A DNA stretch of 64,000 nucleotides from positions 16,457 to 80,456 of the forward strand of contig JBAVOR010000009.1 in assembly GCA_049692255.1 (NCBI GenBank), in the 5' to 3' direction. Under the pieces are notes generated by a model. The model saw nothing but the letters and a program-made list of their open reading frames with translations, was not told the DNA's origin and did no database searches. This document shows, piece by piece, positions 27,954 to 39,575 of this stretch. The stretch's first letter is position 1, and each line of letters opens with the position of its first letter. Both the position numbers and the translations under genes were made by a program. The stretch comes from Candidatus Babeliales bacterium (GTDB lineage Bacteria > Babelota > Babeliae > Babelales > JACPOV01).

Positions 27954-30046
27954 AAATCTTTAAAGAACGCATCCGCATTCGGTGCTCTACCCAAAAAGGT
28001 TCGTAGCAGTTCGTTAGGGTCTTTGCTGCCACCGGGCATTAGAATCTCTGTTGCATATTTTTTGCCAGTAGTCGGATTTAACAACCCATGCTCTTTGATG
28101 TAATAGAAGATATCGAGTGCAAACACCTTAGACCACAAATAACTGTAATAGCCAGCCCCATAGCCCGTTAAGTGGCCAAATGACGCAGGGAAATGGTTTT
28201 CTGGATCATGATTAATATAGGGCATTAATGCGCGTAAATACTGATGCATCAACCCCATAATATCTTTTTTCTGCCCCGCCAAATGATAGCTCAATGAAAG
28301 CTGTGCGTATACCATCTGCTTTAATAACCAATCACCGGTAGCAAAGTTTTTGAGTGCAATAATTTTTTCAATTAATGCGGCTGGTAATGGCTTTTTTGTT
28401 TCGTAATGGCTGCTGACCATTGTTAAAATTTCAGGATTATATAACCATTCTTCCAGCATTTGGGAAGGCATCTCTACAAAATCTGTTTTCACGTTCGTGC
28501 CTGCAAATCCTATCATACGCGTAGAACCTAATAATGCATGGAGCGCATGCCCAAACTCATGGAAAAAAGTGTTCACATCGTTAAACTTTAACAATGCTGG
28601 CTTGTCATTACTCGATTGCGGAAAGTTTGCAATCACTGCCGAAAGACCAGGAACGTTTCCTTTGTCTGTTTTGTGGGCAGGAATAATAGTCACATGGCAT
28701 GCGTGGCCATATTTGTGCGCACGTGGGTGTAGATCAAGTAATAAATAGCCCATAGGAGCATCTGCTTGCCCATCAGCTTCGTACACACTTACCAGGTGCA
28801 CATCGTCATGCCACACTCCCTTTATTGTTTCTTTCTTGAAACGAATAGAAAGGAACTTTTCGTATACGCTCAGTAACCCGTGCAAGGTTTTTTCTAAAGG
28901 AAAGTAGGTGCTTACTTCAATATCGTCAACCGCATATTTCGTTTTTTTGATATGCTGCCGAATATAGCCAGTATCCCACGGTTCAAATTTTCCATCGACT
29001 AATGCAATTGATGATGGGGTATATGCCTTTAATTCTTCCACTTCACGCGCCGCCTTTTTTTGGCTCGGGGCAACCAATGATTGCAAGAACTGTTCGACCG
29101 CTTCCGGCGTTTTCGCCATTTCATCGCTGATACTCAACGCTGCGTAACTATTGTAGCCAACTTTGTGCGCTAATTCATCACGCAATGCAATAATCTTTCC
29201 TAACAGTTCTATATTTTCAGGATACGCACGGTTATTAAATAACCGATATATCTTTTTTCGTGTTTGTGCAACAGAACAGAACTCTAAAATAGGAAAGACC
29301 GTTGGATAATCGGTCTTGAGTATATAGGTACCATCATCTGCTTGTGCCAAACTCGCAATATAATCATCATCCATGCCTGCTAACTCTGCACGCGTTACGG
29401 TAATCGAACGCATGTCACTTGCAATATTCTTGCTAAAAGTAATGCTCAACTGTGCCAATTGCTTCATGAGTTGCACAATAGATTCCCGCTCCGCTTGTGG
29501 CAAATGGAGCCCGCGGCGTCTAAATCCATCCATTATCTCATGCAAGTAGTAGCGTTCTTCATCGCTGAGCTGTTCGACCTGCCCCTGATGCGCGATATAA
29601 TCAGTAAATGCCTGATATATGGCAACATTTTGACTGAGCGTATCAATCGCAAATGCAGACAGTTCTGCTTGCAATGAATTTGCACGGTCCCGTAACGCAT
29701 CATCGGTAGTTACCATCGATACAAGGGAAATAGTATGTGCTGGCACGCTAAAGTGCAGACTTGCTATAGCATCATATGCACGTGCTGTGTTCTGAAATGT
29801 TCGTTCTGCCGGCTTTATTGCAAGTAATGCATCTATTTCTTTTTGTACGCGTTTTTGCGCATGCGCTGCTAGCTGTTCAATTTCATATACTGATCGAGGG
29901 AAATAAGAGGAGATTTGATCTGTTCTCGTAATTATATAATTAGACTCACTGTACGCTTTTTTTGATATCATGATCATCAGACTCGTAATAATTATTGCAC
30001 CAATACATACCCGGATTATCATCTGCTGTTCCATATACGCATCCAC
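27941..30046 (-). CDS. M3-family zinc metallopeptidase (oligopeptidase / peptidyl-dipeptidase type), membrane-anchored or exported
   Basis: 701 aa. The HEXXH motif sits in TFFHEFGHALHALL, with a downstream E in DFVEMPSQMLEEW, as in M3A thimet/Dcp-like enzymes. There is an N-terminal hydrophobic segment (IIRVCIGAIIITSLMIMI). Confidence 0.85.
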   Translation of the reverse strand: MDAYMEQQMIIRVCIGAIIITSLMIMISKKAYSESNYIITRTDQISSYFPRSVYEIEQLAAHAQKRVQKEIDALLAIKPAERTFQNTARAYDAIASLHFSVPAHTISLVSMVTTDDALRDRANSLQAELSAFAIDTLSQNVAIYQAFTDYIAHQGQVEQLSDEERYYLHEIMDGFRRRGLHLPQAERESIVQLMKQLAQLSITFSKNIASDMRSITVTRAELAGMDDDYIASLAQADDGTYILKTDYPTVFPILEFCSVAQTRKKIYRLFNNRAYPENIELLGKIIALRDELAHKVGYNSYAALSISDEMAKTPEAVEQFLQSLVAPSQKKAAREVEELKAYTPSSIALVDGKFEPWDTGYIRQHIKKTKYAVDDIEVSTYFPLEKTLHGLLSVYEKFLSIRFKKETIKGVWHDDVHLVSVYEADGQADAPMGYLLLDLHPRAHKYGHACHVTIIPAHKTDKGNVPGLSAVIANFPQSSNDKPALLKFNDVNTFFHEFGHALHALLGSTRMIGFAGTNVKTDFVEMPSQMLEEWLYNPEILTMVSSHYETKKPLPAALIEKIIALKNFATGDWLLKQMVYAQLSLSYHLAGQKKDIMGLMHQYLRALMPYINHDPENHFPASFGHLTGYGAGYYSYLWSKVFALDIFYYIKEHGLLNPTTGKKYATEILMPGGSKDPNELLRTFLGRAPNADAFFKDLGLR

Positions 30047-30067
30047 CCTTTTTTTATTATTTTTCGT

Positions 30068-32029
30068 TTACTTAATTTTTTTAAGAGTAAGCCATTTTTC
30101 ACGCAATGCAATTGCTTTTTCAAAATCCAGCGCTTCCGCTGCTTGACGCATCTCTTCTTCCAACTGGCTCAGCAATGCCATTCGTTCAGCTGATGACAAC
30201 TGTTCTTTTTTTGCTTTATTTTTGGTACGCGAAGATGCTTGCGCAATAGCTTCTTGCAATGCAATAATTGCTTTGCTTACTTCACGTTTTACCGTACGCG
30301 GTATAATACCATGCTCTTTGTTATATGCCTCTTGAATGGCGCGGCGACGTGCCGTTTCAGTTAATGCTTCGTGCATTGAATGGGTTGTTTTGTCTGCATA
30401 TAAAACAACTTTTGCTTCACTATTACGCGCAGCACGTCCAATGATCTGAACTAATGAACGCTTATCACGTAAAAAACTTTCAATATCTGCATCCATAATA
30501 GCAACCAGTGCTACTTCAGGAAGGTCTAAACCTTCGCGCAACAGATTAACACCAACCAAACAATCAAAGGTGCCTAAACGTAATTTATGCAATAGCTCGG
30601 TCCGTTGTGGCGTTTTTAATTCGCTATGCAGATAACAAACTCTCACTTTTTGTTCTTCTAAATAATGAGCTAACTGTTCTGCTAGTTTTTTGGTCAATAC
30701 CATAATAAGGGTACGAAAACCCTTGGCGGTCGTTTCTTTAATTTGTGCAAGCAAATGCTCGATCTGCCCTTCACGCGGATGTATTTCAGTTATTGGATCT
30801 AACAAGCCGGTAGGGCGAATAATCTGCTCTACCGTATGATCGGAATGGGTCAACTCGTAATCACCGGGTGTAGCAGAAACAAAGATTACGTCATTAAAAT
30901 ATCGTTCAATTTCTGCAAACGTGAGCGGACGGTTGTCACGCGCCGATGGAAGGCGAAACCCAAATTCGATTAATACTCCCTTGCGCGAACGATCTCCATG
31001 ATACATACCCCGTAATTGAGGCACTGCAATATGGGATTCGTCAATAACCATTAAAAAATCTTCTCCAAAAAAATCAAGCAAGCAAAACGGCGGCTCACCC
31101 GATTTGCGTCCGTCAAAATGGGTCGAATAGTTTTCAATACCCGAGCAGTACCCGGTTTCTTGCAACATTTCAAGATCATGGGATACACGTTGCTTTAAAC
31201 GCTCTTGATAGACAGGGTTTTTCAGCTGCGGTAGCCACAGATCTAACTCTGCTTGAATACTTTTAACAGCCGCATCTTTTTTTTCTTGTGTTGTCACAAA
31301 ATGCTTTGCGGGAAATATAATAGTATTATCAAGTGGCATGAGTGTTGCGTGCGTTACTTTATCTACCCACGTCATGCGGTCGATTGTATCGCCAAACAGC
31401 TCTATGCGTAACTTTTCTTTTTGATATGGCAACACCACATCAATTAAATCACCGCGTACTTGAAATGTACCAGCACGCGGGTCCATGTCATTGCGTTCAT
31501 ACTGAATAAACAGCAGTTGTTTGATAAGGTCCATGCGCTTGTATTGCATGCCTACACGTAACGGTAAGCTTAATTCACGATAATCGGTCGGGTTACCCAG
31601 CGAGTATATACTAGAAACCGAAGTTACCACGATAGTATCTGGTCGGTTAATTAACGATGCAGTTGCTTCGATGCGCAAACGCTCCAGCTCGCTATTAATT
31701 TTTGTTTCTTTGGGAATATAGATATCTTGCGCGGGCAAATATGATTCTGGCTGATAATAATCGTAATAGCTGACAAAATAACAAACCTTATTCTTAGGGA
31801 AGAATAAGCTAAGCTCTTCGTACAACTGTGCAGCCAATGTTTTATTGGGAGATAATACCAATACTGGCTTATTTTGCTGCGCAATAACCTGTGCGATCGT
31901 AAATGTTTTTCCGGAGCCCGTGACGCCCAACAAGGTCGATTTGCCTGGCCGCAATGCGCTTAAGCGTGCAATCGCTTCTGGCTGACTTCCCTGTGCTTCA
32001 TACGGTGCATGTAATTGAAATAAACTCAT
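30068..32029 (-). CDS. uvrB: Excinuclease ABC subunit B
   Basis: 653 aa. Walker A is GVTGSGKTFT. YYDYYQPE, the DESH-box variant (VIDESHIAVPQ), the helicase C motifs and the C-terminal UVR domain (EEEMRQAAEALDFEKAIALRE) are all present. Confidence 0.95.
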   Translation of the reverse strand: MSLFQLHAPYEAQGSQPEAIARLSALRPGKSTLLGVTGSGKTFTIAQVIAQQNKPVLVLSPNKTLAAQLYEELSLFFPKNKVCYFVSYYDYYQPESYLPAQDIYIPKETKINSELERLRIEATASLINRPDTIVVTSVSSIYSLGNPTDYRELSLPLRVGMQYKRMDLIKQLLFIQYERNDMDPRAGTFQVRGDLIDVVLPYQKEKLRIELFGDTIDRMTWVDKVTHATLMPLDNTIIFPAKHFVTTQEKKDAAVKSIQAELDLWLPQLKNPVYQERLKQRVSHDLEMLQETGYCSGIENYSTHFDGRKSGEPPFCLLDFFGEDFLMVIDESHIAVPQLRGMYHGDRSRKGVLIEFGFRLPSARDNRPLTFAEIERYFNDVIFVSATPGDYELTHSDHTVEQIIRPTGLLDPITEIHPREGQIEHLLAQIKETTAKGFRTLIMVLTKKLAEQLAHYLEEQKVRVCYLHSELKTPQRTELLHKLRLGTFDCLVGVNLLREGLDLPEVALVAIMDADIESFLRDKRSLVQIIGRAARNSEAKVVLYADKTTHSMHEALTETARRRAIQEAYNKEHGIIPRTVKREVSKAIIALQEAIAQASSRTKNKAKKEQLSSAERMALLSQLEEEMRQAAEALDFEKAIALREKWLTLKKIK

Positions 32030-32141
32030 AGATATATGATACCACGGTTATTGCAGGTTGACAAATTTCAAAATCGCCGGGTATACTAAGCTTCTTTAAA
32101 GTGCAGCTATTGCAATACCATACAACATTGAAAAAACAACT

Positions 32142-33140
32142 ATGTTTAAATCTATTTTTAGATTAGCAATTATTATTATGCCGTATATGTACTCCCTGCA
32201 AGCTTGTAATCACCTTGCTAAGCCCACCATTCAAGAGCATATAGTACCGCAACTGAGCAAATTAAGTCTCCTTGAAAAACATGCAACCCAGTTGTGCACT
32301 TTTGGCCATGATCATCATTTGCAGCTGCATGCCGTAGAATATGCACTTAATACTATTGGCGATTCATTTACACAACCTACTGTAGAAGTAAGTAATATCC
32401 CATTAACTGTTGAAGTACTAAGACCCATTCTACCTTTTTGCAATCTGTTTGGTGGCCTTTTGCAAACAAAACCTTTATCAACAGACGGTATTAAAAGTCA
32501 TACTTTAGATACGGTCACCTGTGCACTGCTCCATAACATATACCATAGTTATGCAGACTCTGAAAAAAAACAGTTCGATACATTAAATACTCATGCTCTT
32601 CGTGCGCAGATGGCCTCTGGACTTATGGCACAGTATATGGTACTTCATGCGCTTCCTAAACAGTATCTCTTTACCAATAAAGGCCTGAACTACTTAAACA
32701 CTCATACCAACATATTGTTTCTTATGACACGCATGCTGGGACATGCATTGAGCAGCGCGGTAATTCCCGCAGGCAAAAGAGGAACAAGTAGCACAGAACT
32801 TCTTGAGCTCTACCAACACCATTTTAATATACCTGCCACACAAGATATTATTCCCCTTACCTCTGATGTGTCAGAGGGGATCTCTCAATTAAATAATACA
32901 ATAATCACCGCGTATCACGATTTGCGGCTAGCGCAGCAAAAAGCAATGCGCAGTTATCATGACCACGCATTACTCATGTCTTTGCGCTTAGTGCCTACTC
33001 ACCCGAAAACTCATAACAGAGTATCCAAAGCAGCTTCTAATAATACCAAGCTCAATGCGCTCAAAAAGAAAAAATATTCTTATCCCCCTCATTTGAGACC
33101 TGCATACAAAGAGATGATGCTTCTTGAAAACGAAGAATGA
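32142..33140 (+). CDS. Hypothetical exported protein
   Basis: 332 aa with a hydrophobic N-terminus (IFRLAIIIMPYMYSLQA) and helical composition. No family recognised. The 3' end overlaps the convergent GT4 gene by 52 nt. Confidence 0.45.
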   Translation: MFKSIFRLAIIIMPYMYSLQACNHLAKPTIQEHIVPQLSKLSLLEKHATQLCTFGHDHHLQLHAVEYALNTIGDSFTQPTVEVSNIPLTVEVLRPILPFCNLFGGLLQTKPLSTDGIKSHTLDTVTCALLHNIYHSYADSEKKQFDTLNTHALRAQMASGLMAQYMVLHALPKQYLFTNKGLNYLNTHTNILFLMTRMLGHALSSAVIPAGKRGTSSTELLELYQHHFNIPATQDIIPLTSDVSEGISQLNNTIITAYHDLRLAQQKAMRSYHDHALLMSLRLVPTHPKTHNRVSKAASNNTKLNALKKKKYSYPPHLRPAYKEMMLLENEE

Positions 33141-34225
33141 TCAAACAAGCGAATACTTGCCTGCTTTGCTTGCGTGCTCAACTGCTGCAATTGTATACGA
33201 TTAAAAAAAAGCATACGTATCTGTTGCCCCATTTGTTCGGGTGTATCAATGAGATAGCCAGTATGTCCATGCGCAATATAATCGATTGCTCCAGGGGCCC
33301 GTTTGGCAATTACTGGCACCCCACTTGCTAATGCTTCAGCCAATACAATAGCCTGGGTTTCGGTGTACGAGGCAAATACAAACAGGTCTGTCATCTGATA
33401 GAGACGATACACCGTATCGCGCGAAGGGCTCTGCACAAAACATACCTGCGCCTGATTCAGCTTACACTGTTGATAGGCATAGTGCTTTAAATAATCATAA
33501 TAAAAGCCGTATCCTGCAATAGTCAGAGTGACAGGCAAATCACGTACATAACAGAGCGCATCGAGCAAAAAGGGAATATTTTTTTCAGGCACCAGGCGAC
33601 TCACACTTAACAAAGCAAGAGGCTTCCTCAAGGTGCTATGAACAATGGGCGCACGAGTCATATAAAAAAAATCTAACTCAACGGGAGTGGGTATTACCGT
33701 AACAGAGGTCTTTTGCAGTGCAAGTAACGGCTCTAGTTGCTGTGCAATGCTCTGGCTCGGGACAATGAGTGCATGAATAGCACTAAACACTGTTGCCAAT
33801 CGCTGCTGCAATAAATATAAACACAAAGACCCTGCCATAGGTGCATGGTACAGATATTGATCGTATTGTGTATGGTACGTAAACACAACAGGAACGTTGT
33901 GCTGTTGGCCCCATTGCAATGCAGCATACCCCAATAAAAAGGGGTGATGAATATGAATAATATGTGGCTTTAATTGGTTAAAAATTGCGTCTAACTGCCG
34001 ATACAGTAAAAACGGCATGACCCCAATTTGTGTTTTGTAAAAAAAACGGAGTGGTGAATACACACGAATAATATGATGCGTTTCATCTGCAACCGAGATA
34101 AAGGGAAATGTGATAATGCGCGCATCATAGCCTTGACGCTGCACTGTTTGATAGAGCATATGCACCGAGCGCGCAACGCCCCCTTTGTAGGGAAAATAGT
34201 TATTAGTTACCAGTGCAACACGCAC
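33089..34225 (-). CDS. Glycosyltransferase family 4 (GT-B fold)
   Basis: 378 aa. The N-terminus is MRVALVTNNYFPYKGGVARSV. The C-terminal donor-binding motif is FVFASYTETQAIVLAEALASGVPVIA...G (E-x7-E type). Confidence 0.8.
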   Translation of the reverse strand: MRVALVTNNYFPYKGGVARSVHMLYQTVQRQGYDARIITFPFISVADETHHIIRVYSPLRFFYKTQIGVMPFLLYRQLDAIFNQLKPHIIHIHHPFLLGYAALQWGQQHNVPVVFTYHTQYDQYLYHAPMAGSLCLYLLQQRLATVFSAIHALIVPSQSIAQQLEPLLALQKTSVTVIPTPVELDFFYMTRAPIVHSTLRKPLALLSVSRLVPEKNIPFLLDALCYVRDLPVTLTIAGYGFYYDYLKHYAYQQCKLNQAQVCFVQSPSRDTVYRLYQMTDLFVFASYTETQAIVLAEALASGVPVIAKRAPGAIDYIAHGHTGYLIDTPEQMGQQIRMLFFNRIQLQQLSTQAKQASIRLFDHSSFSRSIISLYAGLK

Positions 34226-34239
34226 AGCAAGAATCCGCT

Positions 34240-34902
34240 TTACGGGAAACGAGCGACTTTGAGCTTTTTCCAGTCCGCATTAAATTTTTGCATACCATCT
34301 GCCGTTAGCTCATGGGTCAATAATTCGTGTAATAGCGCGGGAGATACGGTAATAACATCTACACCGGCGCACACTGCCATTAATACATGGTCTGCATTGC
34401 GCAATGACGCGGCCAAAATTTCGGTTTTAAATGCATAGTGCTTAAACGCATCACACACTGCTTCGATAAATAATGCTGGATTTTCACCGTTATCTTCTAA
34501 GCGTCCTAAAAATGGTGAAATGAAACGTACTCCTAATTTTGCCATGGCAATGCTCTGCATCAGGCCAAATATTAGTGTTACGTTCACTGCTATGCCATCG
34601 GCAACGAGCTCTTTTATAACACCATAATATTCTAATGCCCCCGGTACTTTCACCACTACACTTGCGTGTATTTTAGCAATAGCATGCGCTTGTGCTAAAA
34701 CCTTTTCTGGCGTAACTTCAGTCACTTCAACGCTAATAAACGCACCGGGCAACGCGTCACAAATTTCTTGCACTCGTTTAATTGGATTGCCACCAGCATG
34801 TGCCAAATGAGTAGGGTTAGTAGTAACCCCATCAATTATGCCGTATGGCGCCCATGCACGAATAGCCTCTATGTCTGCTGTGTCTAAGAAAATCTTCATC
34901 AC
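34240..34902 (-). CDS. tal: Transaldolase / fructose-6-phosphate aldolase (short TalC/Fsa subfamily)
   Basis: 220 aa. MKIFLDTADIEAIRAW...GIIDGVTTNPT, a Schiff-base Lys context (VVVKVP), and ISPFLGRLED are all typical of the roughly 215-aa subfamily. Confidence 0.9.
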   Translation of the reverse strand: MMKIFLDTADIEAIRAWAPYGIIDGVTTNPTHLAHAGGNPIKRVQEICDALPGAFISVEVTEVTPEKVLAQAHAIAKIHASVVVKVPGALEYYGVIKELVADGIAVNVTLIFGLMQSIAMAKLGVRFISPFLGRLEDNGENPALFIEAVCDAFKHYAFKTEILAASLRNADHVLMAVCAGVDVITVSPALLHELLTHELTADGMQKFNADWKKLKVARFP

Positions 34903-35073
34903 ACTCCTTTTATCAATTACTAAGCACCCAACAGTCCCTCTGTGTTACATTTTTTCATTACGTCCACCATAAAAGTATAGGCTTGCATAACATGTAGGGG
35001 ACTTGTCTGAAGTCTATTAATAGTCGCATCTCGATTAGTATTCATGTAATAAGATCATCTATTATTGTATTGA

Positions 35074-35610
35074 TTATGCAGTTACCTCTTCAGAATCTTT
35101 TAACAACCCCTCACACTCACATTTATTAACGATATCAAACACAAGCGCGGCCCCTGATATATCTTCTATGCATCCATGAATGAACCAGTGAATCATTCGC
35201 TTACAGTCTTCTTGATCGGTACGCAATTCTTTTATGGTTTTTACCGCTTCTTTAAATGTTTTCTTCACTGCCTGCTCATCGATAGATTGATCTTGTGTAT
35301 AAAAAAATTGAAATTTATCTATCAGATAATTATTCTCTTTTTCTTTTCCTATGTTTAAGCCATATTCGACAGCCGCATTCAGTTTAGCAAATGGTGTTTG
35401 TATAACAGAATACACTTCAATATATTTTTTAAATGCTTCTTTAGTAGGATTTTCAGCTTTTTGAATACCATTGAGATCAAACGAGAGTTCTTTTCCTTGG
35501 CTATGCAAACTACAGTCAATGCCCATCAGAGCATCTAACACATTGTCCATGCCACTCAGTTTCACCGTTGACCCTACCATAGCTGCCAGTAACACTATTT
35601 TTATACGCAT
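35074..35610 (-). CDS. Hypothetical secreted protein
   Basis: I trimmed the start to MRIKIVLLAAMVGSTVKLSG, a signal-like N-terminus preceded by GAAGGAG. K/E-rich and helical. No family recognised. Confidence 0.45.
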   Translation of the reverse strand: MRIKIVLLAAMVGSTVKLSGMDNVLDALMGIDCSLHSQGKELSFDLNGIQKAENPTKEAFKKYIEVYSVIQTPFAKLNAAVEYGLNIGKEKENNYLIDKFQFFYTQDQSIDEQAVKKTFKEAVKTIKELRTDQEDCKRMIHWFIHGCIEDISGAALVFDIVNKCECEGLLKDSEEVTA

Positions 35611-35642
35611 CGTATTCTCCTTCTTCTCGTGCACGCTGTGTA

Positions 35643-38087
35643 CTACTTGACTACAAAATTTATCAAACGATTAGCAACAAATACAATACGCACTATTTCT
35701 TTATCTTTTATATGGCTTGCAACTAATGCGCGCGCCGCTGCTTCCACATCGGGCTGCGTAGCACCACGTGGCACGGTAAGCTGCGCACGGAGTTTGCCAT
35801 TCACTTGCACCACAAAATCAATATCGTGCGCTATTGCCAATGTTTCATCAACCGTTGGCCATGTACAATCACGCAACTGTTTATTACACAACTGTTCTAA
35901 CAACTCACTAGTCATGTGCGGTATTAACACTGATAAAGAGACAAGTAGTTGCTCAACTGTTTGTTTGCTCAGCTTGCTTTGTTCTTGATACGCTTCGTTT
36001 AACCATTCCATAGCGGCAGAAATAGCGGTGTTCGGTTTGAACTGTTGCAAGCGCTCTTGATACTCTTTGGTGAATCGTGCAAACCGTTTGGTAACGGCAC
36101 TATCTTCTTTTACACCGACAGGCAACTGATGTGTTTCATCGGTAATAAATTGCCACAAACGGTGTAGAAATCGTTTCATGCCTTCCATGCCATTGTCTTG
36201 CCATTCGCAATCAAGTTCTGGTGGCCCCATAAATAACATATATAAACGCAGTGCATCTGAACCATACTGCTGCACCATATCATCGGGGTTTACTACGTTC
36301 CCTTTTGATTTGGACATCTTTTCGACAGCACCAGATGCATCTGAATATTTATTTACCATGCCTTGGTTAAACAGATGAGAGAACGGTTCGCTGAACGGTA
36401 AATACCCCAAATCATGCAGTACATGTGTGTAAAAACGCGCATACAACAGATGCAAAATTGCGTGTTCTATGCCACCCACATACAAATCGACTGGCAGCCA
36501 ATAATTAATATCTTTTGTATCGAACGGCTCATTTGCCAACTGCGGGTTCGGGTAACGCAAGAAATACCAGCACGACCCTGCCCACTGAGGCATGGTATTA
36601 GTTTCTCGTTTTGCTGCGCCACCGCACTGCGGGCAACTGACGTTTACCCAACTATCTACATTCGCTAACGGTGATTCACCGGTACCGGTTGGTTGGTATT
36701 TTTCTACGTCAGGCAATAGTACGGGCAACTCAGATTCTGGCACCGGCACAATGCCGCATGATGCACAATGAATTAACGGTATCGGTTCACCCCAATAACG
36801 CTGGCGAGAAAACACCCAATCGCGCAGTTTATAACTAGTTTTACGTTTAGCAAAACCTTTATCTTCCAAATATTGAATCAACTGTTCACGCACAGCCTTC
36901 CCTTTTTTACCGGCAAATGGTGCTGGTTCTAACAAAATGCCAGCGTGCGCGTCGGTAAAACAGATTTCTAAATTTTTAACTTGCTCTGCCAATTTCGGGT
37001 CTTCGGGAACCATGGCTACTTTAAGGGGAATATTATATTTTTTAGCAAACGCAAAATCACGCTCGTCGTGCGCAGAACATTTGACAATACCGGTGCCGTA
37101 CTGAGCAAGCGCAAAGCTGGCAACCCAAATAGGGAGCTCCCCATTGCCTAACGGATCGATAATATAGGTGCCGGTAAAGATACCTTCTATTTCTGGCGCT
37201 ATGCCATGATGCGTTGCGCGTTTTTCAACTAATTTTTTACAAAATGCAAGAATTTCTGCCCTATTTGGCACCCCTGCTAATAACTGTTCGAGCAGTGGAT
37301 GATCTGGCGCAATAACCACAAACGTGTCTGCATAACACGCTTCAAAGTGAGCTGAGAATGTTTCGATAATTAATGACGAATCTTTAACCGGTGCACTAAA
37401 CACGAGACCTTCGCTTTTGCCAATCCAGTTGCGCTGCATCGTTTTCACTTTTTCTGGCCAGCTCAGCGTATCAAGCCCATCGAGTAGCTTTTGCGCGTAG
37501 TTGGTAATTCGCAACACCCATTGGCGCACTTTACGCTGTTCAACTTGCGTACCGCATCGCTCGCAACCGCCATTAACTACCTCTTCGTTAGCCAAGCCGG
37601 TCAAACAAGAAGGGCACCAGTTAATTGCTACGTACGATTCATACGCTAGACCCGCTTTAAACATTTTCAAGAAAATCCATTGGGTCCAGGTATAATAGTG
37701 CGGATCGGTAGTATTAATCTCTTTTGACCAATCGTACAGACACCCTGTTTGGGCCAATTGTCGTTTAAAATTAGCAATGTTACGCTCAGTTGCCTCTTGC
37801 GGTTTGATACCTTTTTTAATAGCATCATTTTCTGCTGGCAACCCAAACGCGTCCCACCCCATCGGGTGCAAAATATTAAATCCTTGTAACCATTTCATGC
37901 GGGCAATAATATCAGACAAGACATAGCCACGCCAGTGACCGACGTGTAAGCCAGAGCCAGAAGGGTAGGGGAACATATCAAGACAATAAAATTTTTTACC
38001 CGTGTGCTCTGCTTTGGTTAAGCCGTCCGGGTTATGTGCCCATCGCTCCTGCCACTTTTTTTCAATCGCATGAACATCGTACTGCAT
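35643..38087 (-). CDS. leuS: Leucine--tRNA ligase
   Basis: 814 aa. The HIGH motif is [16 protein letters not shown] and the KMSKS motif is [13 protein letters not shown]1 editing domain and zinc-binding Cys clusters are present. Confidence 0.95.
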   Translation of the reverse strand: MQYDVHAIEKKWQERWAHNPDGLTKAEHTGKKFYCLDMFPYPSGSGLHVGHWRGYVLSDIIARMKWLQGFNILHPMGWDAFGLPAENDAIKKGIKPQEATERNIANFKRQLAQTGCLYDWSKEINTTDPHYYTWTQWIFLKMFKAGLAYESYVAINWCPSCLTGLANEEVVNGGCERCGTQVEQRKVRQWVLRITNYAQKLLDGLDTLSWPEKVKTMQRNWIGKSEGLVFSAPVKDSSLIIETFSAHFEACYADTFVVIAPDHPLLEQLLAGVPNRAEILAFCKKLVEKRATHHGIAPEIEGIFTGTYIIDPLGNGELPIWVASFALAQYGTGIVKCSAHDERDFAFAKKYNIPLKVAMVPEDPKLAEQVKNLEICFTDAHAGILLEPAPFAGKKGKAVREQLIQYLEDKGFAKRKTSYKLRDWVFSRQRYWGEPIPLIHCASCGIVPVPESELPVLLPDVEKYQPTGTGESPLANVDSWVNVSCPQCGGAAKRETNTMPQWAGSCWYFLRYPNPQLANEPFDTKDINYWLPVDLYVGGIEHAILHLLYARFYTHVLHDLGYLPFSEPFSHLFNQGMVNKYSDASGAVEKMSKSKGNVVNPDDMVQQYGSDALRLYMLFMGPPELDCEWQDNGMEGMKRFLHRLWQFITDETHQLPVGVKEDSAVTKRFARFTKEYQERLQQFKPNTAISAAMEWLNEAYQEQSKLSKQTVEQLLVSLSVLIPHMTSELLEQLCNKQLRDCTWPTVDETLAIAHDIDFVVQVNGKLRAQLTVPRGATQPDVEAAARALVASHIKDKEIVRIVFVANRLINFVVK

Positions 38088-38224
38088 ACATGGAACCTGT
38101 TTTTAATGAAAATTTTTACTTAAATTACCATTAAGATTAGCGCACCGTTGCAAAAAAGTTAAGGGGACGGCACACTCAATTTAAATAGCACGAGTAAAAA
38201 ATTATTCCTCTGAAAGGATCCCAC

Positions 38225-38860
38225 ATGAGTACACTGCAAACAGCGCAAACGCAAACACCCATACAAACTCTCAAAAAAGATGAAGATATTTTAGTAGTCT
38301 CTCGTGCCGATATTTTCTCTCTTACTCCGGCATGGTCTGGCTTACGCACAGTCGATTTTGCACACTATTTATCGCTAATAAAAGCTAAAAAAGAGTTCTT
38401 GCCCCGCTCGCTCATGGAACTTGACCCGCATTACAAACAGATTATTCCGTACCTTATTTTTACCCACAATAATCGTTACTTTTTAATGCAACGCACTGCA
38501 CAGGCAACGGAAACACGCTTGCAAAACAAATATTCGTTGGGCATTGGGGGGCACATTAGACAAGAGGATATGCAAACCGATTCATTGTTTGATTGGGCAT
38601 TGCGGGAATTTCATGAAGAAGTGTCTTATGCTGGCAACGTTACTATCGAACCATTGGGCATTTTAAATGACGACTCAAACGAAGTAGGCAAAGTGCACAT
38701 TGGCTTTGTGTTCTTATTGCATGGGGACTCAGATGCCATTGCAGTAAAATCTGAACTCAAAAGTGGTACGTTATTAACGATCGATGAGCTTAAACCGTAC
38801 TTTGCATCGATGGAAACATGGACACAGATTGCTTTTGAACATGTATTAGCAAAACAGTAA
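38225..38860 (+). CDS. Nudix-family phosphoesterase (COG4112-like)
   Basis: 211 aa with a degenerate Nudix box, GGHIRQEDMQTDSLFDWALREFHEEVSY (G-x5-E ... REF.EEV). Confidence 0.6.
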   Translation: MSTLQTAQTQTPIQTLKKDEDILVVSRADIFSLTPAWSGLRTVDFAHYLSLIKAKKEFLPRSLMELDPHYKQIIPYLIFTHNNRYFLMQRTAQATETRLQNKYSLGIGGHIRQEDMQTDSLFDWALREFHEEVSYAGNVTIEPLGILNDDSNEVGKVHIGFVFLLHGDSDAIAVKSELKSGTLLTIDELKPYFASMETWTQIAFEHVLAKQ

Positions 38861-38864
38861 CGGT

Positions 38865-39575
38865 GTGGCCATGTGGTTGAGTAGCAAAAAAGCGGTTGAA
38901 GCGATTCATGCAGAAGCGGTAACAGTGCTTGACGTGCTGATACACACCGCATTAATCGGGGGCATGTTTTTAACCCACACAAGCGTCACCACCTTGTTAC
39001 CCCATTGCTATGCACTGGTGATGCAAGCGATAAAGCATTATTTAGAGGCAGAAGCAGCACCAGCGCAACTCACCATATTCGTCTATTGCCCATCCGAGTG
39101 GGTGCCCTCGCTCAATACCATTATATTGTTTCTTGGTGTTGTATGGGCATTACTTACCTATCGGCAGCATCTGAGCAAAAGCGTCCAACATACCCTTCTT
39201 TTGCTCTGGTCTGTTTTATTTCGTTTGATGGTCATAAGCTTGGTCTGCTTTGCAGTACTAGTAACAATAGTAGGTGGTTATTACGCAATTGAACTAGTAG
39301 CACTCAGCAAGCAACAAGGACCTTCAGGGTCTGTACTGCTCCATCCACTTAAATATCTGCTGAAGCTGACCGGTAGCTATGATACGGTTAAAGAAATGTG
39401 GGCAAAAATATTCAGATTACCCAAAGCGCAACTGTTATTTGATCAAATTAATGAATGGAGCCTGGTCCTCTGGTATATCTGCCACATAGCCAGCACATTC
39501 GCCACCGTACGCGTGGTAATGCTCCTGCGCCGCAGGCTCAAACAAGCAGAAAAGCCACAAAAGGCAATCGAATGA
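38865..39575 (+). CDS. Hypothetical polytopic membrane protein
   Basis: 236 aa with several TM segments (IILFLGVVWALLTY, LLLLWSVLFRLMVISLVCFAVLVTIVGGYYAI, WSLVLWYICHIASTFATV). GTG at 38865 or ATG at 38871 are the possible starts. The stop overlaps the next gene's start (ATGA). Confidence 0.45.
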   Translation: MAMWLSSKKAVEAIHAEAVTVLDVLIHTALIGGMFLTHTSVTTLLPHCYALVMQAIKHYLEAEAAPAQLTIFVYCPSEWVPSLNTIILFLGVVWALLTYRQHLSKSVQHTLLLLWSVLFRLMVISLVCFAVLVTIVGGYYAIELVALSKQQGPSGSVLLHPLKYLLKLTGSYDTVKEMWAKIFRLPKAQLLFDQINEWSLVLWYICHIASTFATVRVVMLLRRRLKQAEKPQKAIE